64,000 nt of DNA from a virus: the IMG/VR virus record IMGVR_UViG_3300045988_101018, positions 1 through 64,000 of that record. The stretch is one strand, 5' to 3'. Of the stretch, positions 51,712 through 61,169 are shown one piece after another. The notes under the pieces were generated by a model, which worked only from the letters and a program-made list of their open reading frames with translations, searched no databases and had not been told where the DNA came from. Position numbers and translations under genes: made by a program. The first letter of the stretch is position 1, and every line of letters starts with the position of its first letter.

Positions 51712-52071
51712 ATGGCGATTAAATCAAAGAACGCATTCGGTAGCAAGGCAAACATTGAGACTGCTAAAACCAATGGGATGATTGACGAGTATGATATTCT
51801 TTATCTTGACGATGGCGAAATCGCTTGGCTAGACAAGAGCAAGAATACTGTTATCAACACTCCTCGCACTCAGGAAGATATTGTTGTCTCGTCTGTCGAT
51901 AGCTTTGATGAGACTGATGGCAACAAGATTGTCGCTGGCAAGACGCTAGAGGAAGCTATCAAGATTGTCGCAAATTCCGTTTTGCCGAAAGTCCAAGAGA
52001 AAACCCTACAGTCTGCAAAGGATTATGCCGATACCGTTGCTGGCGGGAGTGTTGACGTAGTAGAGTTTTAA
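51712..52071 (+). CDS. Small fibre-associated protein
   Basis: Shares the 'AKDYADTVAGG' motif with the gene at 52599. Confidence 0.3.
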   Translation: MAIKSKNAFGSKANIETAKTNGMIDEYDILYLDDGEIAWLDKSKNTVINTPRTQEDIVVSSVDSFDETDGNKIVAGKTLEEAIKIVANSVLPKVQEKTLQSAKDYADTVAGGSVDVVEF

Positions 52072-52095
52072 CCCTGATTTTGGAGGTAATAAAAT

Positions 52096-52587
52096 ATGGC
52101 AGATACGGCGAATAAAGCCCCAATGTCAGTCGTTGTGACTACCTCCGAAAGACTGTCTAGTTTGTTGATTCAGAATGGTCAGCTTGTATTTGTAAAAGAC
52201 AAGCGTAGAATTGCGTTTGACTGGAATGACAAAAGAACATTCTATAATCAAATCACGGAGTTGGAAACAGATTACGAGAGGATGTCAACTTCCTCCCCGT
52301 CTGATGGATACTATTTTGTTATCGAAACTGCTATTCTTTGGCGATACGATAACGGCTGGACTCAGATAACAACTAAGCCAGATGATATAGTATTCATAGG
52401 TGCTGAACTGCCAGAATTGGGGCAAGCCAAAGAAAAAACACTATATGTTGACAAAACAAAAAAAGAAATATCTGTTTATGATAAGGCCGCGAATTCATAT
52501 GTCGTGGTGGCGAACAAAACAGATGGTTCTGGTGGCGGGTCTATCGATACCGTCACAAATGATGATATTGATTCTCTTTTTAAATAG
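52096..52587 (+). CDS. Hypothetical tail protein of 163 aa
   Basis: RBS GGAGGT. Confidence 0.3.
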   Translation: MADTANKAPMSVVVTTSERLSSLLIQNGQLVFVKDKRRIAFDWNDKRTFYNQITELETDYERMSTSSPSDGYYFVIETAILWRYDNGWTQITTKPDDIVFIGAELPELGQAKEKTLYVDKTKKEISVYDKAANSYVVVANKTDGSGGGSIDTVTNDDIDSLFK

Positions 52588-52598
52588 GAGGAAAATTT

Positions 52599-53972
52599 AT
52601 GGCTGAAAAGAAGTATATTGATCTAACTGGTCTTACTCATTATGACGAGAAGATTAAGGCTGTAATTGATTCTAAGGATGCCGCCGCCCTTAAGTCGGCT
52701 AAGGACTACGCAGATAGTCTTGCTGGAAATTATGATGCCGCTGGCACTGCCGAGACTAAGGTTCAGGAGCTTGCCAATGGTCAGGTGAAGACCAATACCG
52801 CTGCTATCTCTAAGCTCAATGGCGATGCTAAGACCGAGGGTTCTGTCGCTAAGGCTGTTGCCGATGCTCAGGCTGGTCTTGAGACTAAGATTTCTGCTGC
52901 TGATGCTAAGGCCGCTGCTGCTCAGACTGCTGCCGATAACCTTAAGACCTATGTTGGCACTATCCCCGAAGGTGCAACTTCCACTGATGTTGTGTCTTAC
53001 GTAAACGAGAAGACCGCAGGTATTGCAACCGATGCTTCTCTTTCCGCTCTTACAAAGCGTGTAGGCACCGCCGAGGGTAAGATTACTGCTGCCGAGGGCA
53101 ACATCACCAACCTTTCTGGTCGCGCTGATGCCGTTGAGGGCAAGGTTACTACGCTTATCGGCGAGGATACTGGTAAGTCTGCTCGTACAATTGCCAACGA
53201 GGAGCTTACTAAGCAGCTCATTCCTGAAAATGCTAAGGATAGTCTTAACACGCTTCAGGAAATTGCTGCTTGGATTCAGAATCACCCAGACGATGCTTCT
53301 GCAATGAATGCAGTTATCTCTGCTCTTAAGACTAAGGTTGGCGATATTCCCGAGGGTGCCACCGCTACTACTATTGTAGCCTATATCAAGGAGCTTGTTG
53401 ACGCTGAAAAGACTCGCGCTACTGGTGTCGAGGGCGGTCTTGATACGAGGGTTAAGGCTGTCGAAGCCAAACTTGGCGATGGCGATGGTTCTGTCGCAAA
53501 GCAGATTGAAGCCGCCGTTAAGGTCGAGACTGACGCTCGTGTTGCCGCAGACGGCGCTCTCGATGGTAAGATTACCACCGCTCAGGGTGCTGCTGATAAG
53601 GCTCAGGGCGATGTAGATGCGCTTAAGGATGTTGTGGCTTCTAAGGCTGCTGCTTCTGATGTTACCGCTCTAACTACTCGTGTGACTGCTGCCGAGAAGG
53701 ATATCGATGACCTTCAGGCTGCTATCGCGGCTGACGGCAAAGTTACCGCCGCAATCGCCGATGCTAAGAAGGCTGGTACTGACGCTCAGGCAACTGCTGA
53801 TAAGAACAAGACTGACATTGCCACTCTTACCACGACTGTTGGTGGTCATACTACTACCCTAAGTTCTCAGGGCGATCGCATCTCTGCCCTTGAGACTAAG
53901 GTTGGCGATGGTTTTGTAGCCATTACAAATGAAGAGATTGACAATCTTTTTGCAGCCAAGCCAGCTGTATAA
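52599..53972 (+). CDS. Tail-fibre protein, Ala-rich coiled coil
   Basis: N-terminal 'KYIDLTGLTHYDEKIK'. Long heptad-like Ala/Thr repeats. Confidence 0.45.
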   Translation: MAEKKYIDLTGLTHYDEKIKAVIDSKDAAALKSAKDYADSLAGNYDAAGTAETKVQELANGQVKTNTAAISKLNGDAKTEGSVAKAVADAQAGLETKISAADAKAAAAQTAADNLKTYVGTIPEGATSTDVVSYVNEKTAGIATDASLSALTKRVGTAEGKITAAEGNITNLSGRADAVEGKVTTLIGEDTGKSARTIANEELTKQLIPENAKDSLNTLQEIAAWIQNHPDDASAMNAVISALKTKVGDIPEGATATTIVAYIKELVDAEKTRATGVEGGLDTRVKAVEAKLGDGDGSVAKQIEAAVKVETDARVAADGALDGKITTAQGAADKAQGDVDALKDVVASKAAASDVTALTTRVTAAEKDIDDLQAAIAADGKVTAAIADAKKAGTDAQATADKNKTDIATLTTTVGGHTTTLSSQGDRISALETKVGDGFVAITNEEIDNLFAAKPAV

Positions 53973-54001
53973 TATAACGACAATAGAATAAGAGTTTTAA
54001 G

Positions 54002-54090
54002 CGGGGAGGAAGAGGTGTATACACCTCTTCCCCACCCTTCTACCCTGCCGTTTACCCTACAATTGTCAGAATAATAACAATTGTAGGGTA
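54002..54090 (+). terminator. Two tandem hairpins: GGGGAGGAAGAGGTG-tata-CACCTCTTCCCC and CCCTACAATTGT...ACAATTGTAGGG
   Basis: Read directly. Confidence 0.55.
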
Positions 54091-54111
54091 ATTATTTTTT
54101 ATAAAAATTAT

Positions 54112-54172
54112 TTCTCAACGTCTCTGTTTTTTATTAATAGATATCTAATGGAAAATAAAGACGTTGAGAAAT
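54112..54172. promoter_or_regulatory. 11-bp inverted repeat TCTCAACGTCT / AGACGTTGAGA flanking an AT-rich, promoter-like stretch
   Basis: Read directly, just upstream of the gene at 54197. Confidence 0.35.
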
Positions 54173-54196
54173 CAACATATTGAAAGGAGTGGTCGC

Positions 54197-55279
54197 ATGG
54201 CAGAAACAAAGTTTCTTGACAGCATCGGCTTAACTTATCTACTTGAGAAGATAAACGCGAAGTTTTCAAAGATAGGTCATAAACATACCAAGGCGGACAT
54301 TACTGACTTCGCACATGACCACGATGGGAGATATTATACCGAAACCGAAATCGACACAAAGGTTTCCGCGCTAAACTCTGCGATTTCTGGTAAGGCCAAT
54401 TCTTCTCATAAACACGCTGCTGCTGATATTACGTCTGTGAATGCTTCTGCCATTACAGGTAGAATTGCTGCTGCTAATTTACCTAGTTACGTAGATGATG
54501 TGCTTGAGTATGCTGGAACATCTAAATTCCCTTCAACTGGTGAAGCTGGTAAGATTTATACTGATACAACGACAAACAAGATTTACCGCTGGGGCGGATC
54601 GTCTTATGTAGTTATTTCAGACACTATTGCCTTGGGTGAAACCAACTCTACCGCCTACCGTGGCGATAGAGGTAAAACTGCTTATAATCATTCGCAGATT
54701 ACAAGCGGAAACCCACATAAGGTAACTAAGTCCGATGTTGGTCTTGGCAGTGTTGACAATACTTCTGACGCAAATAAAAGTGTTAAGTACGCCAAAAGTG
54801 CAACGGCTAACAACCCGATAAAAACAACAGGTACGGGCGCTGCATATGCGGCAATTGTTGATGGCATTACGGCTCTTACTATTGGTGTTAAATTTACTAT
54901 GGTGCCACATGTTACTAGTACCACTAGGGCACCAACTCTTAATGTGAACAGTCTTGGTGCTAAAAGCATTAGAATGAGACTAACAAGCTCTACTACGGCT
55001 ACAATTCAGCTTACAAGTGCTAGTTTCTTAACCGCCAATAAGCCCGTAAATGTTATGTATGACGGGACTTATTGGGTAATTGATGACTTTGCACAGCCTG
55101 ACGTAAACAGTCTATATGGCACTGTGCCGATAGAAAAGGTTCAAGCTCATATTGCAAACACTACAATTCACATCACTGCCGCTGAGCGTGCTAAGTGGAA
55201 TGCCAAAGCAGATATTACCATTGGCACTGCTGAACCAACTTCAAGTACGTCTGGAATTTTTTATATTCAGACAAATTAA
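54197..55279 (+). CDS. Tail-fibre protein
   Basis: N-terminus 'KFLDSIGLTYLLEKINAKF' is paralogous to that of 52599. Repeated 'HKH..AADIT' units. Confidence 0.45.
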   Translation: MAETKFLDSIGLTYLLEKINAKFSKIGHKHTKADITDFAHDHDGRYYTETEIDTKVSALNSAISGKANSSHKHAAADITSVNASAITGRIAAANLPSYVDDVLEYAGTSKFPSTGEAGKIYTDTTTNKIYRWGGSSYVVISDTIALGETNSTAYRGDRGKTAYNHSQITSGNPHKVTKSDVGLGSVDNTSDANKSVKYAKSATANNPIKTTGTGAAYAAIVDGITALTIGVKFTMVPHVTSTTRAPTLNVNSLGAKSIRMRLTSSTTATIQLTSASFLTANKPVNVMYDGTYWVIDDFAQPDVNSLYGTVPIEKVQAHIANTTIHITAAERAKWNAKADITIGTAEPTSSTSGIFYIQTN

Positions 55280-55344
55280 TAGACGTTATTCTGCTATAAT
55301 ATAGCAAAGTAAAAGTTCTTTTATTTAAGAGGAGGTGTAGAATT

Positions 55345-55773
55345 ATGAAGATGTATTTAGGAGATGTACCAGTCAAGGCATTATATACGCATACCGATAC
55401 TGATGAGGGCGACATTACTGCGCCAGATATGCAATCTGGCATGATTGCTTTTGCCAAAGGTGTAAAATTGACTGGCACTGGAAAGGCGTTTGCCTTTGTT
55501 TCTTATGGACAAATGTCAACAAATAAAGCTTGGCCTGTTCCATCTATTATCAATATTATTGAAGTGTCTTCATTGACGTATCCTGTAAAAACGAATATAG
55601 CACTAAGTTCTATGAAAAACACAAATTTTTCTACAATCCAAAAAATTGGGGCTGTTACTATTAACGGAACAGCGTATGACATCACAGCGCAAGTTTCCAA
55701 TAATATGCTAACAGTAGGATGTTCTAAGGATATAGGTCTTGAAGTATTCTGCGGAAGGGATGAACACGTATGA
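55345..55773 (+). CDS. Hypothetical tail protein of 142 aa
   Basis: Strong RBS GAGGAGGTG. Confidence 0.35.
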   Translation: MKMYLGDVPVKALYTHTDTDEGDITAPDMQSGMIAFAKGVKLTGTGKAFAFVSYGQMSTNKAWPVPSIINIIEVSSLTYPVKTNIALSSMKNTNFSTIQKIGAVTINGTAYDITAQVSNNMLTVGCSKDIGLEVFCGRDEHV

Positions 55774-55979
55774 GTGTAAAAAGACTACAGTATAATTATG
55801 CACAGATTGAACTTGACACTGGTTTGTGCGTTGGTTGCATGACTTGTTCTTATGAGATTACTATGGAAGGCTTTATTGCCGTTCCTAGTGCAAGTAATGA
55901 TTATGTTGGTAAGTATTATCATGATGGATCTTGGTACGAGGATGCAGAATTCACTATTCCTTGGACTTTTGAAGGTTAA
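55770..55979 (+). CDS. Small hypothetical protein of 69 aa
   Basis: ATGA overlap with the previous gene. Confidence 0.3.
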   Translation: MSVKRLQYNYAQIELDTGLCVGCMTCSYEITMEGFIAVPSASNDYVGKYYHDGSWYEDAEFTIPWTFEG

Positions 55980-56006
55980 TTAAAAACTAAATACATAACC
56001 TTATTA

Positions 56007-56046
56007 GGGGTGTGAGTATTTCGCTTACGCCCCTTTTTATTTTTTA
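56007..56046 (+). terminator. Imperfect hairpin plus T-tract terminator
   Basis: GGGGTGTGAG...CTTACGCCCC followed by T-rich sequence. Confidence 0.45.
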
Positions 56047-56089
56047 TTATATAAAAATAAAAATTTGGAGGTGATTATATGGCATTACC

Positions 56090-56188
56090 ATACGTAAGCG
56101 TGTCAGCAAGCAGCTCTGGCAATAGATATATCACTGTGACTGGTAGGATGAACTGGTTCTTCAGCAGAATAAAATGATAATTTTAAAT
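56090..56188 (+). CDS. Possible 32-aa leader peptide
   Basis: Strong RBS GGAGGTG followed by ATG. Too short to assess. Confidence 0.2.
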
Positions 56189-56256
56189 AACAATTGAATA
56201 ATACGTGTACTGGGCATAGTGGGTTATTTATATTCTCCATGCCTTTGTTATCGAAC

Positions 56257-56270
56257 AAAAAAAAAAAAAA
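56257..56270. repeat. A14 homopolymer tract about 20 nt upstream of the start of the repeat-protein gene
   Basis: 'cgaacaaaaaaaaaaaaaatgaaaggcgg'. Confidence 0.8.
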
Positions 56271-56288
56271 TGAAAGGCGGTTGGTAAA

Positions 56289-57248
56289 TTGGCGAGTAAT
56301 AGCAATACTAAAAATAGCGGCAAGGGCGGCGTTACAACTGCGGTCAGCGCATGGTATGATAGCGAAACTGGGAATACAGTAAGACTTTGCATAAGTACGA
56401 GCGTTAAGGGAAGCTCTAATGGCCCGTGGGGCTATGGCGTAGTCGGGCAGTCTGGCTACGAAGGGAATGGAGCAAACTGGAAAGAGGTCGGTCGCGGAGT
56501 TTTTAACTATGCCAACACTGTCGTTAATGGTACAGCATATTTTACAGTCGGAAAAACCCATAGCGGATGGACTGCGAGCTGTTGGGCAAAGTCGTGGGGC
56601 GAAGCGGCTGGTGGATATGGCGCATACATTGCCAGCGATGATGTTCGCTGTAACGTATGGATCCCAGCAACGTCTAGATACACTCTTTCCTATAATGCCA
56701 ACGGTGGCTCGGGCGCTCCTTCGAGCCAAACAAAATGGCATGGCGAAACATTAACGCTCTCCTCTGCTAAGCCAACAAGAGACGGATATGAATTTGCTGG
56801 TTGGGGTACGTCTGCCACTGATACTGGCGTTAAATATGCTGCTGGCGGACAATATACAGGAAATGCAAGCATCACACTGTATGCTATCTGGACTAACGCT
56901 GCAAAGATGACTCTTGCATATAATGCCAACGGTGGCTCGGGCGCTCCTTCGAGCCAAACACATTTGATAAATACAACCTCTAAAATATCTGGTGCTAAGC
57001 CCACTAGAGACAAGTATGTGTTTTTAGGGTGGTCTACGAGCAGTTCTGCCACAAGTGCAACATATATCGCAGACGGGCAGTACACAAACAACAATTTTAC
57101 CAATGGCGCAACCGTCACGTTGTACGCTGTGTGGCTGAAGAAGAGTCCGAGTATATATATAAATTCATCAGAACATAGTTTCAAATCGGTTTGGGTAAAT
57201 GTGCCTTCTGGCAAGAGCCTTAAATCAATCTGGTTCAAGACTGGTTAG
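56289..57248 (+). CDS. Protein with two Listeria-Bacteroides-type repeats (InlB B-repeat-like)
   Basis: Two 70-aa units 'YNANGGSGAPSSQT...AKPTRDGYEFAGWGTS...YAIW'. TTG start. 42-bp identical DNA repeats at 56691..56732 and 56919..56960. Confidence 0.55.
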   Translation: MASNSNTKNSGKGGVTTAVSAWYDSETGNTVRLCISTSVKGSSNGPWGYGVVGQSGYEGNGANWKEVGRGVFNYANTVVNGTAYFTVGKTHSGWTASCWAKSWGEAAGGYGAYIASDDVRCNVWIPATSRYTLSYNANGGSGAPSSQTKWHGETLTLSSAKPTRDGYEFAGWGTSATDTGVKYAAGGQYTGNASITLYAIWTNAAKMTLAYNANGGSGAPSSQTHLINTTSKISGAKPTRDKYVFLGWSTSSSATSATYIADGQYTNNNFTNGATVTLYAVWLKKSPSIYINSSEHSFKSVWVNVPSGKSLKSIWFKTG

Positions 57249-57267
57249 TTGATGGGAGGTAATTGAG

Positions 57268-57627
57268 TTGGCTGACGAAGTTGAATTAAGTGAAGTTGAT
57301 TACAAGCTTAAATATACAGGCGAGGAAGTCGATAGTCTCCTTGCGTTTATAAAAGATTTTAAAAATATCTACAACAAGATGAAGCGCGTTCAGGCTGGAT
57401 GTGAAGCTATCTCTACGACTACGGCTGGTGCAGATGTGATTAAGGTTATAGATTTCAGTGTTGCCTTTAACGGTGTGCCGAATGTTATGCTCATACCTAC
57501 TTTTCTAAATGATAAAACGGCTAAGGCAAAAGTTCTTAATATCACGTCTTCTAATTTCAAGGTTCAGGTAGTAGGAAATGATAACGATGCCACAACCAAC
57601 TTGTATTGGATAGCTACTGAACAGTAA
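57268..57627 (+). CDS. Hypothetical protein of 119 aa
   Basis: RBS GGGAGGT with a TTG start. Confidence 0.3.
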   Translation: MADEVELSEVDYKLKYTGEEVDSLLAFIKDFKNIYNKMKRVQAGCEAISTTTAGADVIKVIDFSVAFNGVPNVMLIPTFLNDKTAKAKVLNITSSNFKVQVVGNDNDATTNLYWIATEQ

Positions 57628-57674
57628 ATCTTGTTTGATTATATATCAAAGTTTGAATGAAAGGAAGTAAAAAT

Positions 57675-58118
57675 ATGAGTTGGGTTAATCTTAATGATGT
57701 TTATGTAAATCAGACTGGCGGAACTATTGCTGGCGATCTATCTGTAAACGGCGCTTTGACGGTAAATGATGGCAAGGGAACGAACACCACATACAATGTT
57801 GCCAATGAAATTACAACGTTGCGGGATTCCGTATCCCAATGTAAACCGCAATATAAAATTTATGCTGGGTCGAGGGTAATAAACATCACACAATCTTGGG
57901 GTACGCTATTTACAAAAGACGAATTTATATCCTCTTTTGGACGCGAATTTAATAATTCAAGAGACAGCATATCAGTTATGAATGGAGATGCGAAAGCCAA
58001 CAATATTACCGTTTTTGGTGTTTCGTATTATCCACAAGACGGCAAGTTGCTTGTTGCATTATCGGCGAACGGCGGCGGTGCTTTTAGGATCAATTATATC
58101 GTAGTTCTTGCTGAGTAG
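57675..58118 (+). CDS. Shufflon-variable tail-fibre-tip protein, the expressed copy. Constant N-terminal part ends ...LRDSVS at 57837, followed by variable cassette 'e'.
   Basis: Contains the crossover repeat ATTCCGTATCCC in frame at 57826..57837. N-terminal 'QTGGTIAGDLSVNG' resembles the conserved tail-fibre 'TGGTMTG.L' motif. Confidence 0.6.
   Translation: MSWVNLNDVYVNQTGGTIAGDLSVNGALTVNDGKGTNTTYNVANEITTLRDSVSQCKPQYKIYAGSRVINITQSWGTLFTKDEFISSFGREFNNSRDSISVMNGDAKANNITVFGVSYYPQDGKLLVALSANGGGAFRINYIVVLAE
57826..57837 (+). repeat. Shufflon crossover site in the expressed gene (ATTCCGTATCCC on the + strand)
   Basis: Exact 12-mer within the coding sequence, encoding S-V-S. Confidence 0.8.
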
Positions 58119-58152
58119 ACGTTATTGGCATACGCATATAAGAAATCATGCG

Positions 58153-58472
58153 CTAGTTGATATACCATGAACAAATACCCCTGTTAATAGCACCAGATAT
58201 CGAAGCAGCAACTTGAAACCCAATTGCTCCGTTTGGATGGACATAGCCATATGCGCATACGTTGAGTATGTAGCCATTGGCATTTGTCACACATGATGGC
58301 GAATAAATTGTATGGTCTGGTCGAAGATTTTCTGGAATGACATGTTCTATTCCCCAATACTCATTTGTTGATTGAGAAACAGTCCATACGAGTATACACG
58401 TGTATCCAACACGCCGAATATGAACGTATGAGGAACTACCCGGCGCTCCGTATAGCACAAGCGTATCGTCTT
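58153..58472 (-). other. Silent C-terminal cassette m0 (HSVSQDDTLVLYGAPG...SWYIN*)
   Basis: Reads leftwards from site A in the same frame as the crossover repeat. Confidence 0.6.
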
Positions 58473-58508
58473 GGGATACGGAATGCTAAGTATGGGTTTC
58501 CGTATCCC
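58473..58508. repeat. Site pair A: GGGATACGGAATgcta (58473..), 13-nt gap, then TTCCGTATCCC (58498..58508), facing opposite directions
   Basis: Read directly. Confidence 0.8.
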
Positions 58509-58846
58509 TGACAAAAGACACATGCAAAGGAGCCAACGGCTGGGTTGTACAAACTGGCGCAATTACACGTACAGAAAATTGTGTAACCATGTGGGTAGAT
58601 GTTGTTGCTGGAAATAGCGCGAATAAGAATGTAAATACAACGTTTGCGACAATGCCGTCTGCTTTCGCGCCTAGCACATATAATATTGAACTTCCAGTAT
58701 TAGGGTTCACTACAACGTCTTATCCAATTAGCTTTTGGATAATAATCACTACAAGTGGAGAAATCAAAATTAAGCAATATGTACTACCGTCTAACACAGT
58801 TCTAGGCCAAATTAAATGTTGTTGTACGTATTTAAAAATTTAATAG
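58499..58846 (+). other. Silent cassette p0 (SVSLTKDTCKGANGW...CCCTYLKI*)
   Basis: Reads rightwards from the rightward-facing half of site A. Ends in tandem stops TAA TAG. Confidence 0.55.
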
Positions 58847-58859
58847 CATTCCGTATCTC
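58847..58859 (+). repeat. Degenerate site A2 (CATTCCGTATCTC, one mismatch), in frame directly after the stops of p0
   Basis: Read directly. Confidence 0.6.
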
Positions 58860-59221
58860 AGATTAAATTATTGTGGAGCGGGTCTGTGTACGGCGGCGGT
58901 TCATTTGTCGTACCAGAGCTAAAAGAATATACATTTGTAGAAGTGGTTACTTCAAATGCTGATGAAAATCATTGGGGCGTATTATGTTTTAATGACATGA
59001 ATGCATTAAAATCTACCGATGATGCATATGGCATGTGGGTATACGCAGATATACACGCTGGCTTGGATTACATAGTATCAATAAAATCAAAATTGGAAAT
59101 ACAGAAAGACTTAAAGACTGTGAAATTCACAGCTGGATATGCATTTAACGTAATGAAAGAAAACACCGTTATTACTTCAACGCAAAAACTTCGTATCGTT
59201 GCTGTGTATGGCGTTAGATAG
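58850..59221 (+). other. Silent cassette p0b (HSVSQIKLLWSGSVYGGG...VYGVR*)
   Basis: In frame from site A2. Matches the ORF-track entry at 58871..59221. Confidence 0.5.
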
Positions 59222-59227
59222 GCTGTA

Positions 59228-59565
59228 TTATAGATACAACATTCCAGATATCTTACGCACTCCATATGCATACATGCCGTTATAGTATGATGCATTTAAA
59301 GTCAGTTTTCCATCTGGGTCAAGCTCAACAAATACTGAAAATTGCGCAGAAAAATCTGCAACTCCTACAAAATATACATTTGTTTTTGGTCTATATTTTG
59401 ATGGCAATGATATGGACACTGACTTATATCCATTTCCACTTGCAGACATAAAGCCAGAAACCCTGTCACATATAACCTTTATCGCGTTTTGACTTGGAAT
59501 ATACACGACATTTATATCAAATGTTGCACCAACAAGGTCAACGCTATAGTCGCCAATTTTCTCTT
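59228..59565 (-). other. Silent cassette m1 (HSVSQEKIGDYSVDL...GMLYL*)
   Basis: Reads leftwards from site B. Confidence 0.6.
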
Positions 59566-59581
59566 GGGATACGGAATGCTA
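59566..59581 (-). repeat. Site B, GGGATACGGAATgcta. Its 'cta' supplies the TAG stop of cassette m2
   Basis: Read directly. Confidence 0.8.
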
Positions 59582-59889
59582 TTTTAACTTTCCTATAACA
59601 GTTTCCTGTACGTACATTCCTACATTAGACATAGATGTTGCAGATGAAAGATAGCATCTAACGTCTGTTACATTCTTAATTTCGACATAATGTCCAATCC
59701 ATAATCCATTTCCAGTGACGGGATTAACATCTGCATATAAGATAGAGTCGTATATATCAGGGGCGTTAAACGCATAAGAACAAAAGTACAATGAACCAAA
59801 TAGAGCTGTTGCAGAAATGGTTTTATGAACTTTTCTTGTTGACAGAGCATAGCCTATTCCAAAATTAAAAATAGTCCAATCTCCATTTT
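59579..59889 (-). other. Silent cassette m2 (YSVSQNGDWTIFNFG...IGKLK*)
   Basis: Reads leftwards from site C. Confidence 0.6.
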
Positions 59890-59905
59890 GGGATACGGAA
59901 TACTA
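59890..59905 (-). repeat. Site C, GGGATACGGAATacta
   Basis: Read directly. Confidence 0.8.
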
Positions 59906-59909
59906 GGTT

Positions 59910-60149
59910 ATTAAACTTCAATATAATAAACGATAACATTTATTTTTCTATTTGAATATTTCCCTGCGCTGCCGTCCCATGCCATAAGACGAACTGTTCT
60001 ACCCTGTTGTGCGTCAGTTCCCGTATGAAACGCATATCTCGCATCGTACATCCCACCAATTCCTATTGGAATCTGCCTTGCGTTAAGTCCCGTTTCGAAA
60101 TATCCATTAGGGTCTGTAGTTGTATCTATTTGTTTTGTTTTTATAATAT
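59910..60149 (-). other. Silent cassette m3 (NSVSHIIKTKQIDTT...YYIEV*), about 80 aa
   Basis: Reads leftwards from site D. No internal Met, so it is absent from the ORF track. Confidence 0.45.
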
Positions 60150-60186
60150 GGGATACGGAATTCCCATGTTTAGTATTCCGTATCCC
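60150..60186. repeat. Site pair D: GGGATACGGAAT (60150..60161), the spacer tcccatgtttagt, then ATTCCGTATCCC (60175..60186)
   Basis: Read directly. Confidence 0.8.
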
Positions 60187-60530
60187 AAATCAGTAATAGA
60201 GTATTGCTTTGGAGTGGAACGGCTGGCAAAGGTGTGAAAATTACGATTGACAGCGACTATTCATTTAAAGAATTCAAATCATTTTATTGCCTTACAAGTA
60301 TCGATAAAACAATCGGATTGCCGCTTGTAAGAAACTCTGGAATACAACAAGACCAGCATTTACACGGCATTACTGGATGGGATGATGGTAATACAACATA
60401 TACGCTTGTTGGGCTAATTAGAATAAATACAGAGACAACTGCGACCATTACGTCTATATCAAAACACGATATAAGTGGCAATGGTGGAATTGCTGGCAGC
60501 TTACTTAAACTATGGGGATGTTACTAATCG
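60177..60530 (+). other. Silent cassette p1 (SVSQISNRVLLWSGTAGKG...LWGCY*)
   Basis: Reads rightwards from the rightward-facing half of site D. Convergent with m4. Confidence 0.6.
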
Positions 60531-60865
60531 TTACTTCCACATGCCTTTGACGTTATATTCTATAAATGCCACTGTAGTAGTATTGTTATATTTTATATCT
60601 TGGTTTAACACATATACTCCAGTGTCTACTAGCCCAATAGAAGCTCCTGTACCAGATAATACGTAAACGCCCTTTTGTCCAGAGCTATATATTGCAGAAG
60701 CGCCCTTATACAATAAACTAGTTAAAGGAAATGGAAAATCAACAGCGGGTGCAGTAACACTACCAATCCCTTTTATTTCTTTTCCTCCCCAAAATTCTGC
60801 AAGACCGCTATTCCATTTGCGATAAAACCAGATTCCAGATGTTCCCTGTGCGACAATATAGTCGT
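60531..60865 (-). other. Silent cassette m4 (HSVSHDYIVAQGTSG...KGMWK*)
   Basis: Reads leftwards from site E. Confidence 0.6.
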
Positions 60866-60881
60866 GGGATACGGAATGCTA
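60866..60881 (-). repeat. Site E, GGGATACGGAATgcta. Its 'cta' is the TAG stop of m5
   Basis: Read directly. Confidence 0.8.
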
Positions 60882-61132
60882 TAACGGTATAGCAATCCAA
60901 TTTATAGTACATTGTATGTGTTGATATTCTTGGTGACTATTCCAAACGTCCATAGTAAACCCAGTTGATGTTTTGTTATACACCATTTCCGTAACAGAAG
61001 GCCATCCCCATGTTTCAATTTTTGGAAACTGAAGAGATGTGATAACAACATAATCTGTTTCGATTGGTGTATTAAATTTAACCTGAACAACGTTATCATT
61101 TATGTTTGTTGTCATGGTAACAACACCTCTTT
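60879..61132 (-). other. Silent cassette m5 (YSVSQRGVVTMTTNIND...IAIPL*)
   Basis: Reads leftwards from site F. Confidence 0.6.
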
Positions 61133-61169
61133 GGGATACGGAATACCCATGTTTAGTATTCCGTATCCC
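61133..61169. repeat. Site pair F: GGGATACGGAAT (61133..61144), the spacer acccatgtttagt, then ATTCCGTATCCC (61158..61169)
   Basis: Near-identical to pair D, including the spacer. Confidence 0.8.

Noticed and set aside
58347-58562. ORF-track ORFs that read straight through site pairs, 58347..58562 (-) and 60007..60237 (+), giving '...SIPYPK...'
   Set aside because: They use a different frame from all 13 cassettes and overlap the real cassettes. They arise from the palindromic site pairs.
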